Assembly: GCA_963667035.1 (NCBI GenBank)
Contig: OY762964.1
Span: forward strand, 2,528,001-2,592,000
DNA from: Candidatus Cloacimonadales bacterium
Lineage (GTDB): Bacteria > Cloacimonadota > Cloacimonadia > Cloacimonadales > JAFGVF01
Direction of reading: 5' to 3'
DNA: 64,000 nucleotides
Part shown: positions 44,756 to 55,221 of the stretch, piece by piece
How the letters are laid out: every line of letters begins with the position of its first letter
Position numbering within the stretch: position 1 is the stretch's first letter
Position numbers and translations under genes: made by a program
The notes under the pieces: generated by a model
What the model was told of the DNA's origin: nothing
Seen by the model: only the letters and a program-made list of their open reading frames with translations
Databases searched by the model: none

Positions 44756-47182
44756 CTAAATAAACAGATTTGAACTAGCTTTCTCTGCTTCTCCTAAGTA
44801 TGAAGCAACACCTGCATATTCAATTCCATCAATAAGTTCATCTTTGGTTATGCCTAATACGTCCATAGACATTGTACAGGCAATAATCTTTCCTCCATTT
44901 TTAAGGAAACTAGCGAGATGAGTATCAAGACTATCCACGTTCTTTTCCTGCATTATGGACTTCATTAGGGCTGTTCCCATTCCACCCATATTCATTTTCG
45001 AAATCTTAAGTTCATCAACTCCTTCAGGCATCATTGCTCCAAACATCTTCTCAAGTAATGGTTTCTTAACTCTAGTTCCTTTTCTCCTTAATGCATTAAG
45101 TCCCCAGAAAGTGAAGAAGAGAGTTACATCTTTCCCCATAGCAAGAGCACCATTTGCAATAATCATCGAAGCAAGAACTTTATCCAAATCACCGCTAAAT
45201 ACAACAATTGTCTGACCATTTTTTTCGACCGTTAATCCTATATTCTTTGTCCTACCTGTTCCTTTCTGAAGAATGGCAGTAACGATTCCATTTTCAAAAC
45301 TTGTTTCGATTACTTGATTACCAGTGCTATCCGCCCAATGATAGACATCTTTCTTAAAACCGGGGTCACTTGCCTTAACCTCTAAAAGCTGTCCATTATC
45401 CAAAGTCTCCATAGCTTCCTTAGTTTTCATTATGGGACCGGGACATTGTAAACCACAAGCATCAAGCTCTATACGTTTACTTATATCAATTGTTTTCTCT
45501 ATATATTCTTTGTTTTTCTTCGCAGCAACTTCTTTAGGCTCAAAACTTGAAAAAGCATATTTATAGAGCTTATATCCACCTATCAAGTTGCGTACATTTA
45601 AGCCATATTGTTTAAGGATTCTGAAAGCAATATATCCTCTATGCCCCATAGCACAATATACGATGTACTCTTTGTCTTTATCAAGTTCGTTAATCCTGCT
45701 TCTGATGTCATTAAGTTCAATATGGATATCGTTATCTATATGACCTAAAGAGCGTTCAGCAGATGTTCTAATATCAAGTATTTGAACCTTGTCTTTTATC
45801 TCTGCCAATTCCTTCCACGTAATTGATTCTTCCATCCCTAACTTACGATTCTCAGCCATGTATCCTAATATATTAACAGGATCTTTAGCTGAATTGAAAG
45901 GAGGAGCATATGCAACCTCTATATCTTGTAAGTCCCAAGCTTTCAAATTACCTTTAATCGCAGTTGCTAACACATCAATACGCTTATCTACCCCATCAAT
46001 ACCGAATCCCTGTGCTCCAAGAATTGTACCGTCTTCTGCATAATGTAATTTGAGCATCATCGGAAGAGCTCCCGGATAGTATCCGGCATGATTGTTTCTG
46101 GTTGCTACTACAGTATTGTACTTTATGCCTGCTTTATCAAGGTTCCAGGCGTTTAATCCTGTTGATGCTCCGGTATAATCAAAAACCTTCAGTATAGATG
46201 TACCAAGCTGTGGACTGAATTTCTTGTCCATACCACAGATATTATCGGCACAAAGTCTTCCCTGTCTGTTAGCTCCCCATGCCAAGGGAACAAGTACAGG
46301 TTTGTTTCTTATCTTACATGTAACCTGTATTGCATCACCTACAGCATAGATATCGGGATCTGATGTAAGAAGATTCTCATTAACTACAATAGCCCCTTTA
46401 TGTCCAATTTCCAGATCGGCATCGATAGCAAGTTTACTCTCGGGTATAACACCGATCGAGAGGATAACAAGCTGTGCTTCTAGGTTTGAGTCATCATCCA
46501 ATACTACTTTTACACCATTAGGAACTTCTTCAAAGCCAACAACCGATGTTTCCATGTATATCTTGATTCCGTGGTCAGCCAATTGCTCGTGTGCCATCTG
46601 AGCGAAATCCCAGTCGAATTGACCTAATATCTGAGGAGCTCTCTCTACAATTGCTACATCTATGCCTCTCTCAAAAAGATTCTCTGCTGTTTCCACACCA
46701 ATGAACCCACCGCCAACGACGAGAGCTTTCTTAACTTTATGTGTATTGATATATTCAATGATTCCATCCATATCACTCATATTTCTAAGTGAATGAACTC
46801 TTCTGGAGTTTATACCCGGCAAATCCGGTATGAAAGGAACTGAGCCCGGAGAAAGCACAAGTTTATCGTATGATTCTTCATACTCAACGCCAGTGTTGAG
46901 ATTCTTAAGGATAACTGTTCTCTTCTCTCTGTCTATTTTTACAGCTTCAGTTTCAACCCTGATATCAACATTGAATTTCTGTTCTAAACCCTGCTCTGTT
47001 TCAACAAGCAGATTTTCTCTATTTTTAATTACCCCACCGATATGGTATGGTAAACCACAATTTGCAAAACTGATGTATTTACCTCTTTCAACCATAACGA
47101 TTTCAGCCTTCTCATCAAGACGTCTCAAACGAGCTAAAGTACTCGCTCCACCTGCGACACCACCAATAATTAGAACTTTCAT
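44756..47182 (-). CDS. CoA-disulfide/persulfide reductase fused to rhodanese, TusA/SirA and DsrE-like domains
   Basis: GGVAGG, SFANCGLP, YAPPF; rhodanese YCAMGHRG; TusA CGLQCPGP; DsrE-like FTFWGL and ACTMSMD. Confidence 0.9.
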   Translation of the reverse strand: MKVLIIGGVAGGASTLARLRRLDEKAEIVMVERGKYISFANCGLPYHIGGVIKNRENLLVETEQGLEQKFNVDIRVETEAVKIDREKRTVILKNLNTGVEYEESYDKLVLSPGSVPFIPDLPGINSRRVHSLRNMSDMDGIIEYINTHKVKKALVVGGGFIGVETAENLFERGIDVAIVERAPQILGQFDWDFAQMAHEQLADHGIKIYMETSVVGFEEVPNGVKVVLDDDSNLEAQLVILSIGVIPESKLAIDADLEIGHKGAIVVNENLLTSDPDIYAVGDAIQVTCKIRNKPVLVPLAWGANRQGRLCADNICGMDKKFSPQLGTSILKVFDYTGASTGLNAWNLDKAGIKYNTVVATRNNHAGYYPGALPMMLKLHYAEDGTILGAQGFGIDGVDKRIDVLATAIKGNLKAWDLQDIEVAYAPPFNSAKDPVNILGYMAENRKLGMEESITWKELAEIKDKVQILDIRTSAERSLGHIDNDIHIELNDIRSRINELDKDKEYIVYCAMGHRGYIAFRILKQYGLNVRNLIGGYKLYKYAFSSFEPKEVAAKKNKEYIEKTIDISKRIELDACGLQCPGPIMKTKEAMETLDNGQLLEVKASDPGFKKDVYHWADSTGNQVIETSFENGIVTAILQKGTGRTKNIGLTVEKNGQTIVVFSGDLDKVLASMIIANGALAMGKDVTLFFTFWGLNALRRKGTRVKKPLLEKMFGAMMPEGVDELKISKMNMGGMGTALMKSIMQEKNVDSLDTHLASFLKNGGKIIACTMSMDVLGITKDELIDGIEYAGVASYLGEAEKASSNLFI

Positions 47183-47299
47183 TAATGTCTCCTATAATAA
47201 TATTTTTGGAGCCAATCAGCAGAGCCTTGCGTATTCGTCAAGATAAATATGATTTTTCATACTTATCATTTCTTGCACTTGTGTATTCAATTGCAGTGA

Positions 47300-47623
47300 T
47301 TAGTATTCGTAAGTGTTTCTGGGAGTGAGGAAATAGAATATAGCAGAGACTGCAACACAGAACGTGGTAAGGATGAAACTTAGAACCGATATGTATTGTA
47401 GGATTAGTATGAAATGAACAATAAAGAGGGCAGATGAAATAACTCCGGCAACTTTGGGTTGTTTTATTGATAAGATGGAAGCCACTATCAAACCTCCGGC
47501 AATTAGGTACTGTAAATAATGATAGATTATTAGTGTAGACTCACTATATTCCTCGCTAACAATGAATATAAATGAAACAATGCTAAAAAAGATTCCTAAT
47601 GTTGTTGTTTTGTGTACCTTCAT
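47300..47623 (-). CDS. Small membrane protein (about 4 TM)
   Basis: Hydrophobic 107-aa ORF with GAGG RBS. Confidence 0.55.
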   Translation of the reverse strand: MKVHKTTTLGIFFSIVSFIFIVSEEYSESTLIIYHYLQYLIAGGLIVASILSIKQPKVAGVISSALFIVHFILILQYISVLSFILTTFCVAVSAIFYFLTPRNTYEY

Positions 47624-47748
47624 AGTTACCTCGTATGATTACCATTAATATAAACAGTTAAAATCGATTGTCAATAATTAAATAATAGTTAGTAAGTTAA
47701 AAACATTAAAGGTAACTATATAAAAAAGCCCTGTACACTACAGGGCTT

Positions 47749-49410
47749 CAGACCGTTTACAAACCCAGTTATGAAAATGACTGGGTTTTTACATTGTAAG
47801 TTTATTTCTGATTAGTTGAGTACAATATCAGGATAATGAGATTTAGCTCTATATTCGTCTAAACCAGAGCATATATTAACATAAAAAGCTAATAACATTG
47901 ATGCCACTTTCCCTGATATGCCATTGAAAAGGTATTTAACCAGTTTCTTTATGTTTTGAACTACTGATGTCATATATGCTTGTTCTCGAACTCGTTCTAT
48001 ACCTCGATATTTCGCATACCGATAACCATGAAGTTGCTTTGCATTTGCAAAGCTTCTCTCAATGGTTTCTTTTCGTTTTTTGTATATCTCTTTGCCACAA
48101 AAGGTTAACCTGTTTTTATGGATAATCTCTCTACTGTCTTCCCATACATGACGCATGATAACTTTTTGATGGTTCTTGCTCTCGGTGCATTTGTTAAGCA
48201 TTGGACAGTTTTTACAATAGCTACTCTCGGATGCATATTCATCATAACCGTTACGGTTTGTTGTTCGATATTTAAGCTCTTTCCCTTCTGGACAGATGTA
48301 TATGTCTCTATCTGAAATGAACTTAAAATCACGCTTCTTGAAAAGACCTTTTTTACCTCCAAGTCGACGATAACCTATTACTCCCATGATTCCCATATCT
48401 ACTAATTCTTTGCATATATTAGCTGTATCATACCCGGCATCAAGACCTACTGCCAGGACATCAAAACCAAAACGCTCTTGCTGCACTTTTAGCCTATCAA
48501 TATAGCAAGAACTGTCATTCACATTGCCGGCGGTAATATGAACATCTGTTATGAAGTTTACTTTAGGATCTACGGTTCTATGATCAAGATAGAAGAAACC
48601 TTGTGGTTTCTTGTCTCGCGTCATGAAACCACTGTCAGGATCTGTTTTACTAGACTTAATCTCTTTAACTTTGGGTGACGAACCGCCTTTAAAGTCATTG
48701 TCTTTAGGTGGGAGTGGCTTCTTACCGTGAGCTTTTCGGTTTTCATCCACTGTTTTATTTAGATCTTCAAGATAACTCTGAGGTGTGGTCTCTACTTTAA
48801 TTGATTCATATTTGCCTTTATTAGCATTAGCTTTCAGATGAGTTGAATCGCTATAAAGAACCTTGCCATCTACCAAACCATTCTCGATACCAAGTTTTAC
48901 AATATCAATGAAAATCTCTTCAAAAACAGTGCTATCAGTAAAGCGTCTGCGACGATTCTGGCTGAAGAGAGAATGACTCGGTATTTTATCAGTAAGCCCA
49001 TACCCTAAGAACCAGCGATATGCTACATTGACCTGAATCTCTCTGATTAGTTGTCGCTCAGAACGGATACCAAATAGATAACCAATAAAAAGCATTTTGA
49101 AGAAAGTTATGGGATGCACTGGGGGACGACCGTTGTCGGGGCAATACAAATGAGCAGTTCGGTCCATAATAAAACTAAAATCTATTACCCTGTCAATCTT
49201 GCGTAGAATATGATCTTCCGGGACAAGATCATCTATTATTACAAATTCCATTTGGGACTGTGTGTCAGAAACTTTTTTAAGCATAACCACCTCTAATTAT
49301 GATGGTTTAAGTATAAACTAAGGGGGTTTTTGTCAATGATTGATGTTCTTATTTTAAGCTAAAAAAAGACAAAGCTATGAAATCTTACTCATAGCTTTGT
49401 CAACAGTCTG
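47749..49410 (-). mobile_element. IS1182-family insertion sequence
   Basis: IRs CAGACCGTTTACAAA and CAGACTGTTGACAAA (reverse complement). Flanked by an exact 23-bp duplication of the terminator AAGCCCTGTACACTACAGGGCTT at 47726-47748 and 49411-49433. Confidence 0.9.
47812..49284 (-). CDS. IS1182 family transposase
   Basis: DLVPEDHILRKID, GIRSERQL, DSTHLKANA, DAGY, RKETIERSFANAK. Confidence 0.93.
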   Translation of the reverse strand: MLKKVSDTQSQMEFVIIDDLVPEDHILRKIDRVIDFSFIMDRTAHLYCPDNGRPPVHPITFFKMLFIGYLFGIRSERQLIREIQVNVAYRWFLGYGLTDKIPSHSLFSQNRRRRFTDSTVFEEIFIDIVKLGIENGLVDGKVLYSDSTHLKANANKGKYESIKVETTPQSYLEDLNKTVDENRKAHGKKPLPPKDNDFKGGSSPKVKEIKSSKTDPDSGFMTRDKKPQGFFYLDHRTVDPKVNFITDVHITAGNVNDSSCYIDRLKVQQERFGFDVLAVGLDAGYDTANICKELVDMGIMGVIGYRRLGGKKGLFKKRDFKFISDRDIYICPEGKELKYRTTNRNGYDEYASESSYCKNCPMLNKCTESKNHQKVIMRHVWEDSREIIHKNRLTFCGKEIYKKRKETIERSFANAKQLHGYRYAKYRGIERVREQAYMTSVVQNIKKLVKYLFNGISGKVASMLLAFYVNICSGLDEYRAKSHYPDIVLN

Positions 49411-49626
49411 AAGCCCTGTACACTACAGGGCTTCAATATTTATACCTATGACAGTACTACTCGTCGATAACCTCAACATTAGCACGAGGTATGATAATTT
49501 TCTAGCCGTTATCAAGCTGTGTTTCAAGAATACGAGTCTATGTTTCGGACTGTACTTGAGTAAGTTTTTCAGGTAATCCTGAATCTTACCAATACTACCA
49601 AAGTTTGGCTGTCTGATAACATGGAT
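49411..49626 (-). pseudogene. Degenerate copy of the 3' end and terminator of the 58967-60097 gene (direct repeat of 58921-59137)
   Basis: Colinear match over ~215 bp. Encodes ..PRANVEVIDE* but carries a 1-bp deletion and two premature TAG codons. Confidence 0.9.
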
Positions 49627-52087
49627 TAATCTGTGGCATTCGGGGTAGCATATATGAAATCCATTCCAACAATGATGATATTGGCGATATCGAAGTTATT
49701 GAGCAACAAGAGTTCAACTCAAAGGGAGATATTGTCAGTAAGCACTTGAAAATATATGACTTTGATGACAATCATGATTTTATAACAAAATATGAATATG
49801 ATTATGCTGGGAACATCACTATGATTACTTATCCAAATTATAGAATTATGGAAAATCTGATACTTAGTAATGGGAATCTGGAAAACAACGAATATCTAGC
49901 AACAAGTTCAATCTCAGCCGGGTCAGAATCACACGGAGTCACTGTATCAGGGACAGATGTTGTGTTCAGGGCTGAAAATGAAATAAATCTACTACCTGGT
50001 TTCTCTTCAAACCCTGATTTTGAGTTTACTGCCCAAATAGGTAACGTAGAGAACACTCAAGCGAAAGTAGTAACATATGAATATGATAGATTTGGGAGAC
50101 AAATAAAGGTTGGAAATGAAGTTGAAGATAATTATTATGCAGACTATCGTTACAATCTAAATGAAAAACTTGATTCTGAGAGATTAAATCCAGGACAAGT
50201 CCCAATTAAAACATCGAACACTTATCAAGTTTCCGGGAGACTCATCAATATTGCTGTCACAGATGACGGTGTTCCTGAACCATTTGAATATTTTAGTGAA
50301 GCGATTGAGTATGCTCCCAATGGTAATATTACAAACATAGCATTTGCTGACTATACATATGATTTTACTTATGATAATTGTGGAAGATTAACTTTCGCGG
50401 ACCACGATAGTAACATCAATTTTGATTATTCTGGAATTACTTATGACGCAAATGGTAATTTTCTTAGCCTTACTAAAGGAGTTGACAACAAAAATTATAG
50501 CTATTATTCAGGAACTGATAGAGTAAAGAACACTAATGGAAGTACAAGTTCTGACTATCTATATGATTCCAATGGGAATATAGAAAGTTCTTTGCCAAAG
50601 TCATTAGACCTTGAATATGATAAGTATAGCGGGAAAACCACTCTGATCAATATTGATGATGCTAATAACAGCTCCTTAGCATTTGTATATAATAATTTAG
50701 GAGAGCGAGTGTATAAAGAAGCCAACCTACAGGATGGAATTTACAAAACAGCATATATTAGAGGATTATCTGATCGTCCTTTGATGGAAGTGGATGAATC
50801 AGGGCTCACAACTTTCTATATCTATTCTCCAACTGGATTGATTTGTAAAATCAAGAATGATAACGAGTATTATCTCATAAAGGACCATCTTGGTTCGACG
50901 AGGGAAGTATTTAACTCGCAAGGAGTAATTGTTTCCTCCTATAGCTTTGATGCCTTTGGAAATCTAATGAATTCGATGGTTTCTGAAGATGTTGCCTATC
51001 AATATACCGGGCAGGAATCTGATGATGAAATTGGATTGCTTAATTACAGGGCTCGTTTCTACGATAGTGATTTAATGAGATTCTATGCCGTTGACCCACA
51101 ATGGCAAACAGCATCACCATATCTGTATTGTGGGAATTCACCTCTTATGTATACAGATCCAGATGGTGAATGGTTCGGTTGGGATGATGCAATAGTAGCA
51201 GCTGTTGGTTTTACTTTTTCCTATGTAGGATATGGTATTACAACTGGAGAATGGGGGGAAGATGCTTTAGTCGCTGGGGCTATTGGTGGTGCTTCTACTT
51301 GGCTAGGATACAATTCAGGAGGACTTGCCCTTAATGCGATGACTTCTGCAGGTGCACCTATCAGTGCAATAACAACAGCATCCAGTGCAGCAATTGGTCG
51401 GGCTGTTGGTGGAGCTGCTGGCAGCATAGGGAATCAGTTGTATTCAAATGGAGAAGTGAATTGGAGTGAAGTTGGAATTTCTGCTGGTGTTGGAGCTGTA
51501 GGTGGTTTCATTGGAGGGTTAGTTGGGTCTTCATCTGAAAGTACTTTTTTACCAGGAATTCTTGGAAGTGGTTTTTCAGGGGCACTAGTAAGTGGACTAA
51601 GTGGAGAGTTGCCAGCAAAAGGTTTTGCTAGAAGTGCAGGATTAAGTATTGCTAGTTCTTATGCAACGAGACAATTATATAATGTGTATGGTAAGTATAA
51701 AACTAATAAGTATTTTGGTGATGGTTCATATGGCACCGATATTGCACCATCAACCTCGTTTGGGATTGATGGAGGAGCACCTAATGAGAGTTATGCGTGT
51801 AGAGAATTTGTAAGTGATTTTACTTTGTCCGCAAATGGAAATCTAGAAACGGCAGTATTTGATCCAAGTTCAAACCACCATCTCATGTTGCGATAGTATT
51901 AGGTAGAGACCAATATCAAAGGCATATTATGCTATCAAAAGAAGGTACTGGGGGAGGTATATGGGTTAGAAATGGTACTGAGTTAAGAGTAGGTTCTTTT
52001 TTGAAACCAAATTTTCCTTACGGAGAATATAAAATATCATACATTCCAAGAATACCAAATTTGGACAATATAATATTGGAGAGATAA
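49627..52087 (+). pseudogene. 5'-truncated Rhs toxin 1 with frameshifted C-terminal toxin domain
   Basis: Frame is open from the repeat junction with no RBS or clear start. YD repeats, KDHLGSTR, YQYTGQE, ARFYD, PLMYTDPDG. In-frame stop at 51896; the -1 frame continues PPSHVAIVLG.. to a TAA at 52085-52087. Confidence 0.8.
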
Positions 52088-52089
52088 AA

Positions 52090-52524
52090 ATGCTAGTAAA
52101 TAAAAGTATCGTTGGGGTGTTGTTGCTATTTCTTATTTTGGGATGCACTACTAATAAAACTGAAATAAGAAACTTTGGTGATTATCAAGTATATTATGGA
52201 AAGCAAAATGTTAAAGAGCATTTCCCAGAATTCAAAGAGAGTGTTTGGAAAAAAACAGTAGATGGTTTGGATTTACGAGGTGCAATGCATAACAATGTAT
52301 TAGTTTATCTTAGAGACCGTAAGACTGTACAATTAGATGTTGATAACCACGAATTCAAAATTCTTTTGTACCAAAGAAATATTGTTGGACTTGTTGTCAT
52401 AAATCCCTGTATAAAAAAACGAGTTATAGAGATAAATCTAGATGAGTTTAATTCTGGAGCATATCAATTTTATGTCTACAAAGATAATAAGCTTTTAAGC
52501 TGGGAGATACATAACTTAATATAA
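52090..52524 (+). CDS. Putative lipoprotein immunity protein for Rhs toxin 1
   Basis: Lipobox ILGC; ATG follows 2 nt after the restored toxin stop. Confidence 0.65.
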   Translation: MLVNKSIVGVLLLFLILGCTTNKTEIRNFGDYQVYYGKQNVKEHFPEFKESVWKKTVDGLDLRGAMHNNVLVYLRDRKTVQLDVDNHEFKILLYQRNIVGLVVINPCIKKRVIEINLDEFNSGAYQFYVYKDNKLLSWEIHNLI

Positions 52525-52698
52525 AATTTTTGTTATTTAATAGGAATTTGAAAATTATATGCTAATCCTTGATAGGATTGACATATATGAGTTTGCAAAT
52601 AATTCTAATCATAGGCATTATATCATAGTATCTCATAATAAAGCGATAACAGACTTTGAGAAAATTAATAAATTGAAGAGAACATCGATGGAGGAAAT

Positions 52699-52833
52699 AT
52701 GATAATTAATGAGAATGGCTTTTCTCTTATAGAGTTAATGATTGTTGTGATCGGGATATTTGCAACTTCATTAGTCTTGACAAAGGAACCGCTGACAAGG
52801 ATTATACCTACTATGATGGTGCAGACAAAGTAA
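52699..52833 (+). pseudogene. Truncated duplicate of the pilin gene 5' end fused out of frame to an Rhs fragment
   Basis: GGAGGAAA-T-ATG then [18 protein letters not shown], matching 54814-54897; the sequence switches to Rhs at about 52762. Confidence 0.75.
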
Positions 52834-54089
52834 AGAACACTAATGGAAGTACAAGTTCTGACTATCTATATGATTCCAATGGGAATATAGAAAGTTCTTT
52901 GCCAAAGTCATTAGACCTTGAATATGATAAGTATAGCGGAAAAACAACTTTGATCAATATTGATGATGCTAATAGCAGCTCCTTGGCATTTATATATAAT
53001 AATTTAGGAGAGCGAGTGTATAAAGAAGCAAACCTACAGGATGGGATTTACAGAACAGCATATATTAGAGGATTATCCGATCGTACTTTGATGGAAGTTG
53101 ATGAAGTAGGCAATACTACTTCTTATGTCTATTCGTCCACAGGGTTGATATCTAAAATTAGTGATGAAGAATTCTACATTGTAAAAGATCACCTTGGTTC
53201 AACCAGAGAAGTGTTCAACTCTCAGGGAGTAAATGTCACATCCTATAATTACGATGCGTTTGGAAATCTAATGGATTCAGTTGTCTCAGAAGATATCTCC
53301 TACCAATATACAGGGCAGGAATTTGATGACGAAATCGAATTACATAATTTTCAAGCTCGCTTCTATGATTCTGATTTAATGCGATTTATGTCGGTTGACC
53401 CTGAAGAGCAATATGCAAGTCCTTATTTGTTTTGTGGAAATAATCCAATAAACTTGATTGACCCGGACGGTAGAAGTGCTATTTATGACCCATATGGCAC
53501 ATTGTTGGGAACTGATGATTTTGGATTGCAGGGCGATCCAATTTTTATGGATGTAGATAATTTTGATCAAGGAATGTCCTACGATGAGGCGATTGAATTT
53601 AATCTGGGGTATGGTGGTTTGGAAAATCAAGATGCAATAGATAAATTTACAACGAGCTTTCTGGGATTACCAGATCGACCTGATTGGGATGGTTACTTAA
53701 CATTGGAAGAAGCAAATGACTGGTATCGTAATGGAGACGGTCAGCCTCTATTTGTTGCATTAGATAAAATAGATTTATCTAATCTTTATTCTTTAGGTGA
53801 GGAGTTTGTTGGACAAAAAAAAGTAGTCAATTTTATCTTTGGGAGCAAATCTTGGAATGATGGACTGGTCTATGGAAATGTCAGATTAATCCGTCATCCA
53901 AATCATTCTGTTAAAGCAGTGTCAGGTGATGTATATGATTTTGATATGCATTCAGGTAAAACACTAAAAACTTGGGGCAGAAATATTGAAACCAAAATTG
54001 CGGAAAAGATTGCCGGTAAAGGTACAGCATATAAAATCCATATGTATGGAGATAAAAAATTAAAACCTAGATACTGGTGGGTAAAATGA
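52761..54089 (+). CDS. Orphan Rhs core fragment plus C-terminal toxin 2 (colicin M-like)
   Basis: Near-identical to 50523-50790 at the DNA level. KDHLGSTR, NPINLIDPDG, then WYRNGDG, GNVRL, DVYDFD..R. Confidence 0.8.
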   Translation, partial: CNFISLDKGTADKDYTYYDGADKVKNTNGSTSSDYLYDSNGNIESSLPKSLDLEYDKYSGKTTLINIDDANSSSLAFIYNNLGERVYKEANLQDGIYRTAYIRGLSDRTLMEVDEVGNTTSYVYSSTGLISKISDEEFYIVKDHLGSTREVFNSQGVNVTSYNYDAFGNLMDSVVSEDISYQYTGQEFDDEIELHNFQARFYDSDLMRFMSVDPEEQYASPYLFCGNNPINLIDPDGRSAIYDPYGTLLGTDDFGLQGDPIFMDVDNFDQGMSYDEAIEFNLGYGGLENQDAIDKFTTSFLGLPDRPDWDGYLTLEEANDWYRNGDGQPLFVALDKIDLSNLYSLGEEFVGQKKVVNFIFGSKSWNDGLVYGNVRLIRHPNHSVKAVSGDVYDFDMHSGKTLKTWGRNIETKIAEKIAGKGTAYKIHMYGDKKLKPRYWWVK

Positions 54090-54475
54090 AGAAAATATTG
54101 ATTTGGATTGGTCGCATTTTGTTGCTATTGTTTTTAATTCTATTTTTTTCACTATTTTTTTATACAGGCACTAAGAAGCTGGGCAATAATATTACTTATG
54201 ACGAGGAAAGAAAAGATATTTTTGGAAAGGTTGATATTCCTCCGACAATTCTTTCTTATGACTATGATAAGCAGTTCATCATAGTTAAGCAAAAGCCGGA
54301 AAAATATCCTAATGCAGTGAATAGTGATAGAGGTATATATCCATTAGGACGAGATACCATTTATTATTGGTTAATCATAAAAGCTGAAGAAAAAATTTTA
54401 GGACCGTTAGATTTTGAGAAGTTTAAAGAACTCAAAACAAAATATAGTGTTCCTAATGAATTAATTTTGGAATAA
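54086..54475 (+). CDS. Putative membrane-anchored immunity protein (DUF3997-like)
   Basis: ATGA overlap with the toxin stop; N-terminal TM; IPPTILSYDYDKQFIIVKQ and YWLI..GPL..F motifs. Confidence 0.65.
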   Translation: MKKILIWIGRILLLLFLILFFSLFFYTGTKKLGNNITYDEERKDIFGKVDIPPTILSYDYDKQFIIVKQKPEKYPNAVNSDRGIYPLGRDTIYYWLIIKAEEKILGPLDFEKFKELKTKYSVPNELILE

Positions 54476-54822
54476 CGGATTATTCTGCACACATTTTGGT
54501 GGATAGTACAGTGTTTACATTCTTATATATAAGTATAAATCGTTAATGAAATTTGGGGCAGTAAGGTGCGACTAGTTATTAGCCTTAACTGCCCCTCCCT
54601 TCTTGGGATTGAACTTCTTTAGAAGGAGACTAGAGTAATTACGGATACTAACGGCCAACAAGGGAATAGTAAGTATAATCGCAGACACTTTTCTTAGTGA
54701 TGTAATAAAGAATATAGTTTAAAAACCATTGCTTATTCAGCAAAAGAACGAAGTTATTCGATGACAACTTTGAGTAATTTTATTAATTGAAAAGAAAAAA
54801 TCATTTTACACACGGAGGAAAC

Positions 54823-55221
54823 ATGAAAAGCAATGAGAAAGGCTTTTCTCTTATAGAATTAATGATTGTGATTGTAGTAATCGGGATTTTGGCAACAATA
54901 GCAATTCCACGATACTTCAATGTTACGAGAAAAGCTAAGAAGACAGAAGCAAAGATGATGCTTAATCAGGTAATATACTTACAGGAATCATATTACTCTG
55001 AGCATGATTTTTATGCCAAGACCTTAACAGAACTGGAATTTGAGCAAGAGAAACTGATTTCCGAAGACGGGAAAGCCAGATATGTAATCAAAATTGAGAA
55101 AGCTGACCTGAAAGGTTTTACTGCAACAGCAACCTCAATCGTCGATTATGATAAGGATGGAATTATGAATGTATGGCAAGCAACACAAGATGGAAAAATA
55201 ACAGAAATTGTTGCTGATTAA
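54823..55221 (+). CDS. Type IV pilin / major pseudopilin (GspG/PilE-like)
   Basis: Class III signal [20 protein letters not shown]-terminal DYDKDG..NVW. Confidence 0.88.
   Translation: MKSNEKGFSLIELMIVIVVIGILATIAIPRYFNVTRKAKKTEAKMMLNQVIYLQESYYSEHDFYAKTLTELEFEQEKLISEDGKARYVIKIEKADLKGFTATATSIVDYDKDGIMNVWQATQDGKITEIVAD

Noticed and set aside
50455..53470. Diversity-generating retroelement template/variable repeat pair
   Set aside because: No reverse transcriptase is present and the differences are not adenine-specific; Rhs core homology explains the repeat.
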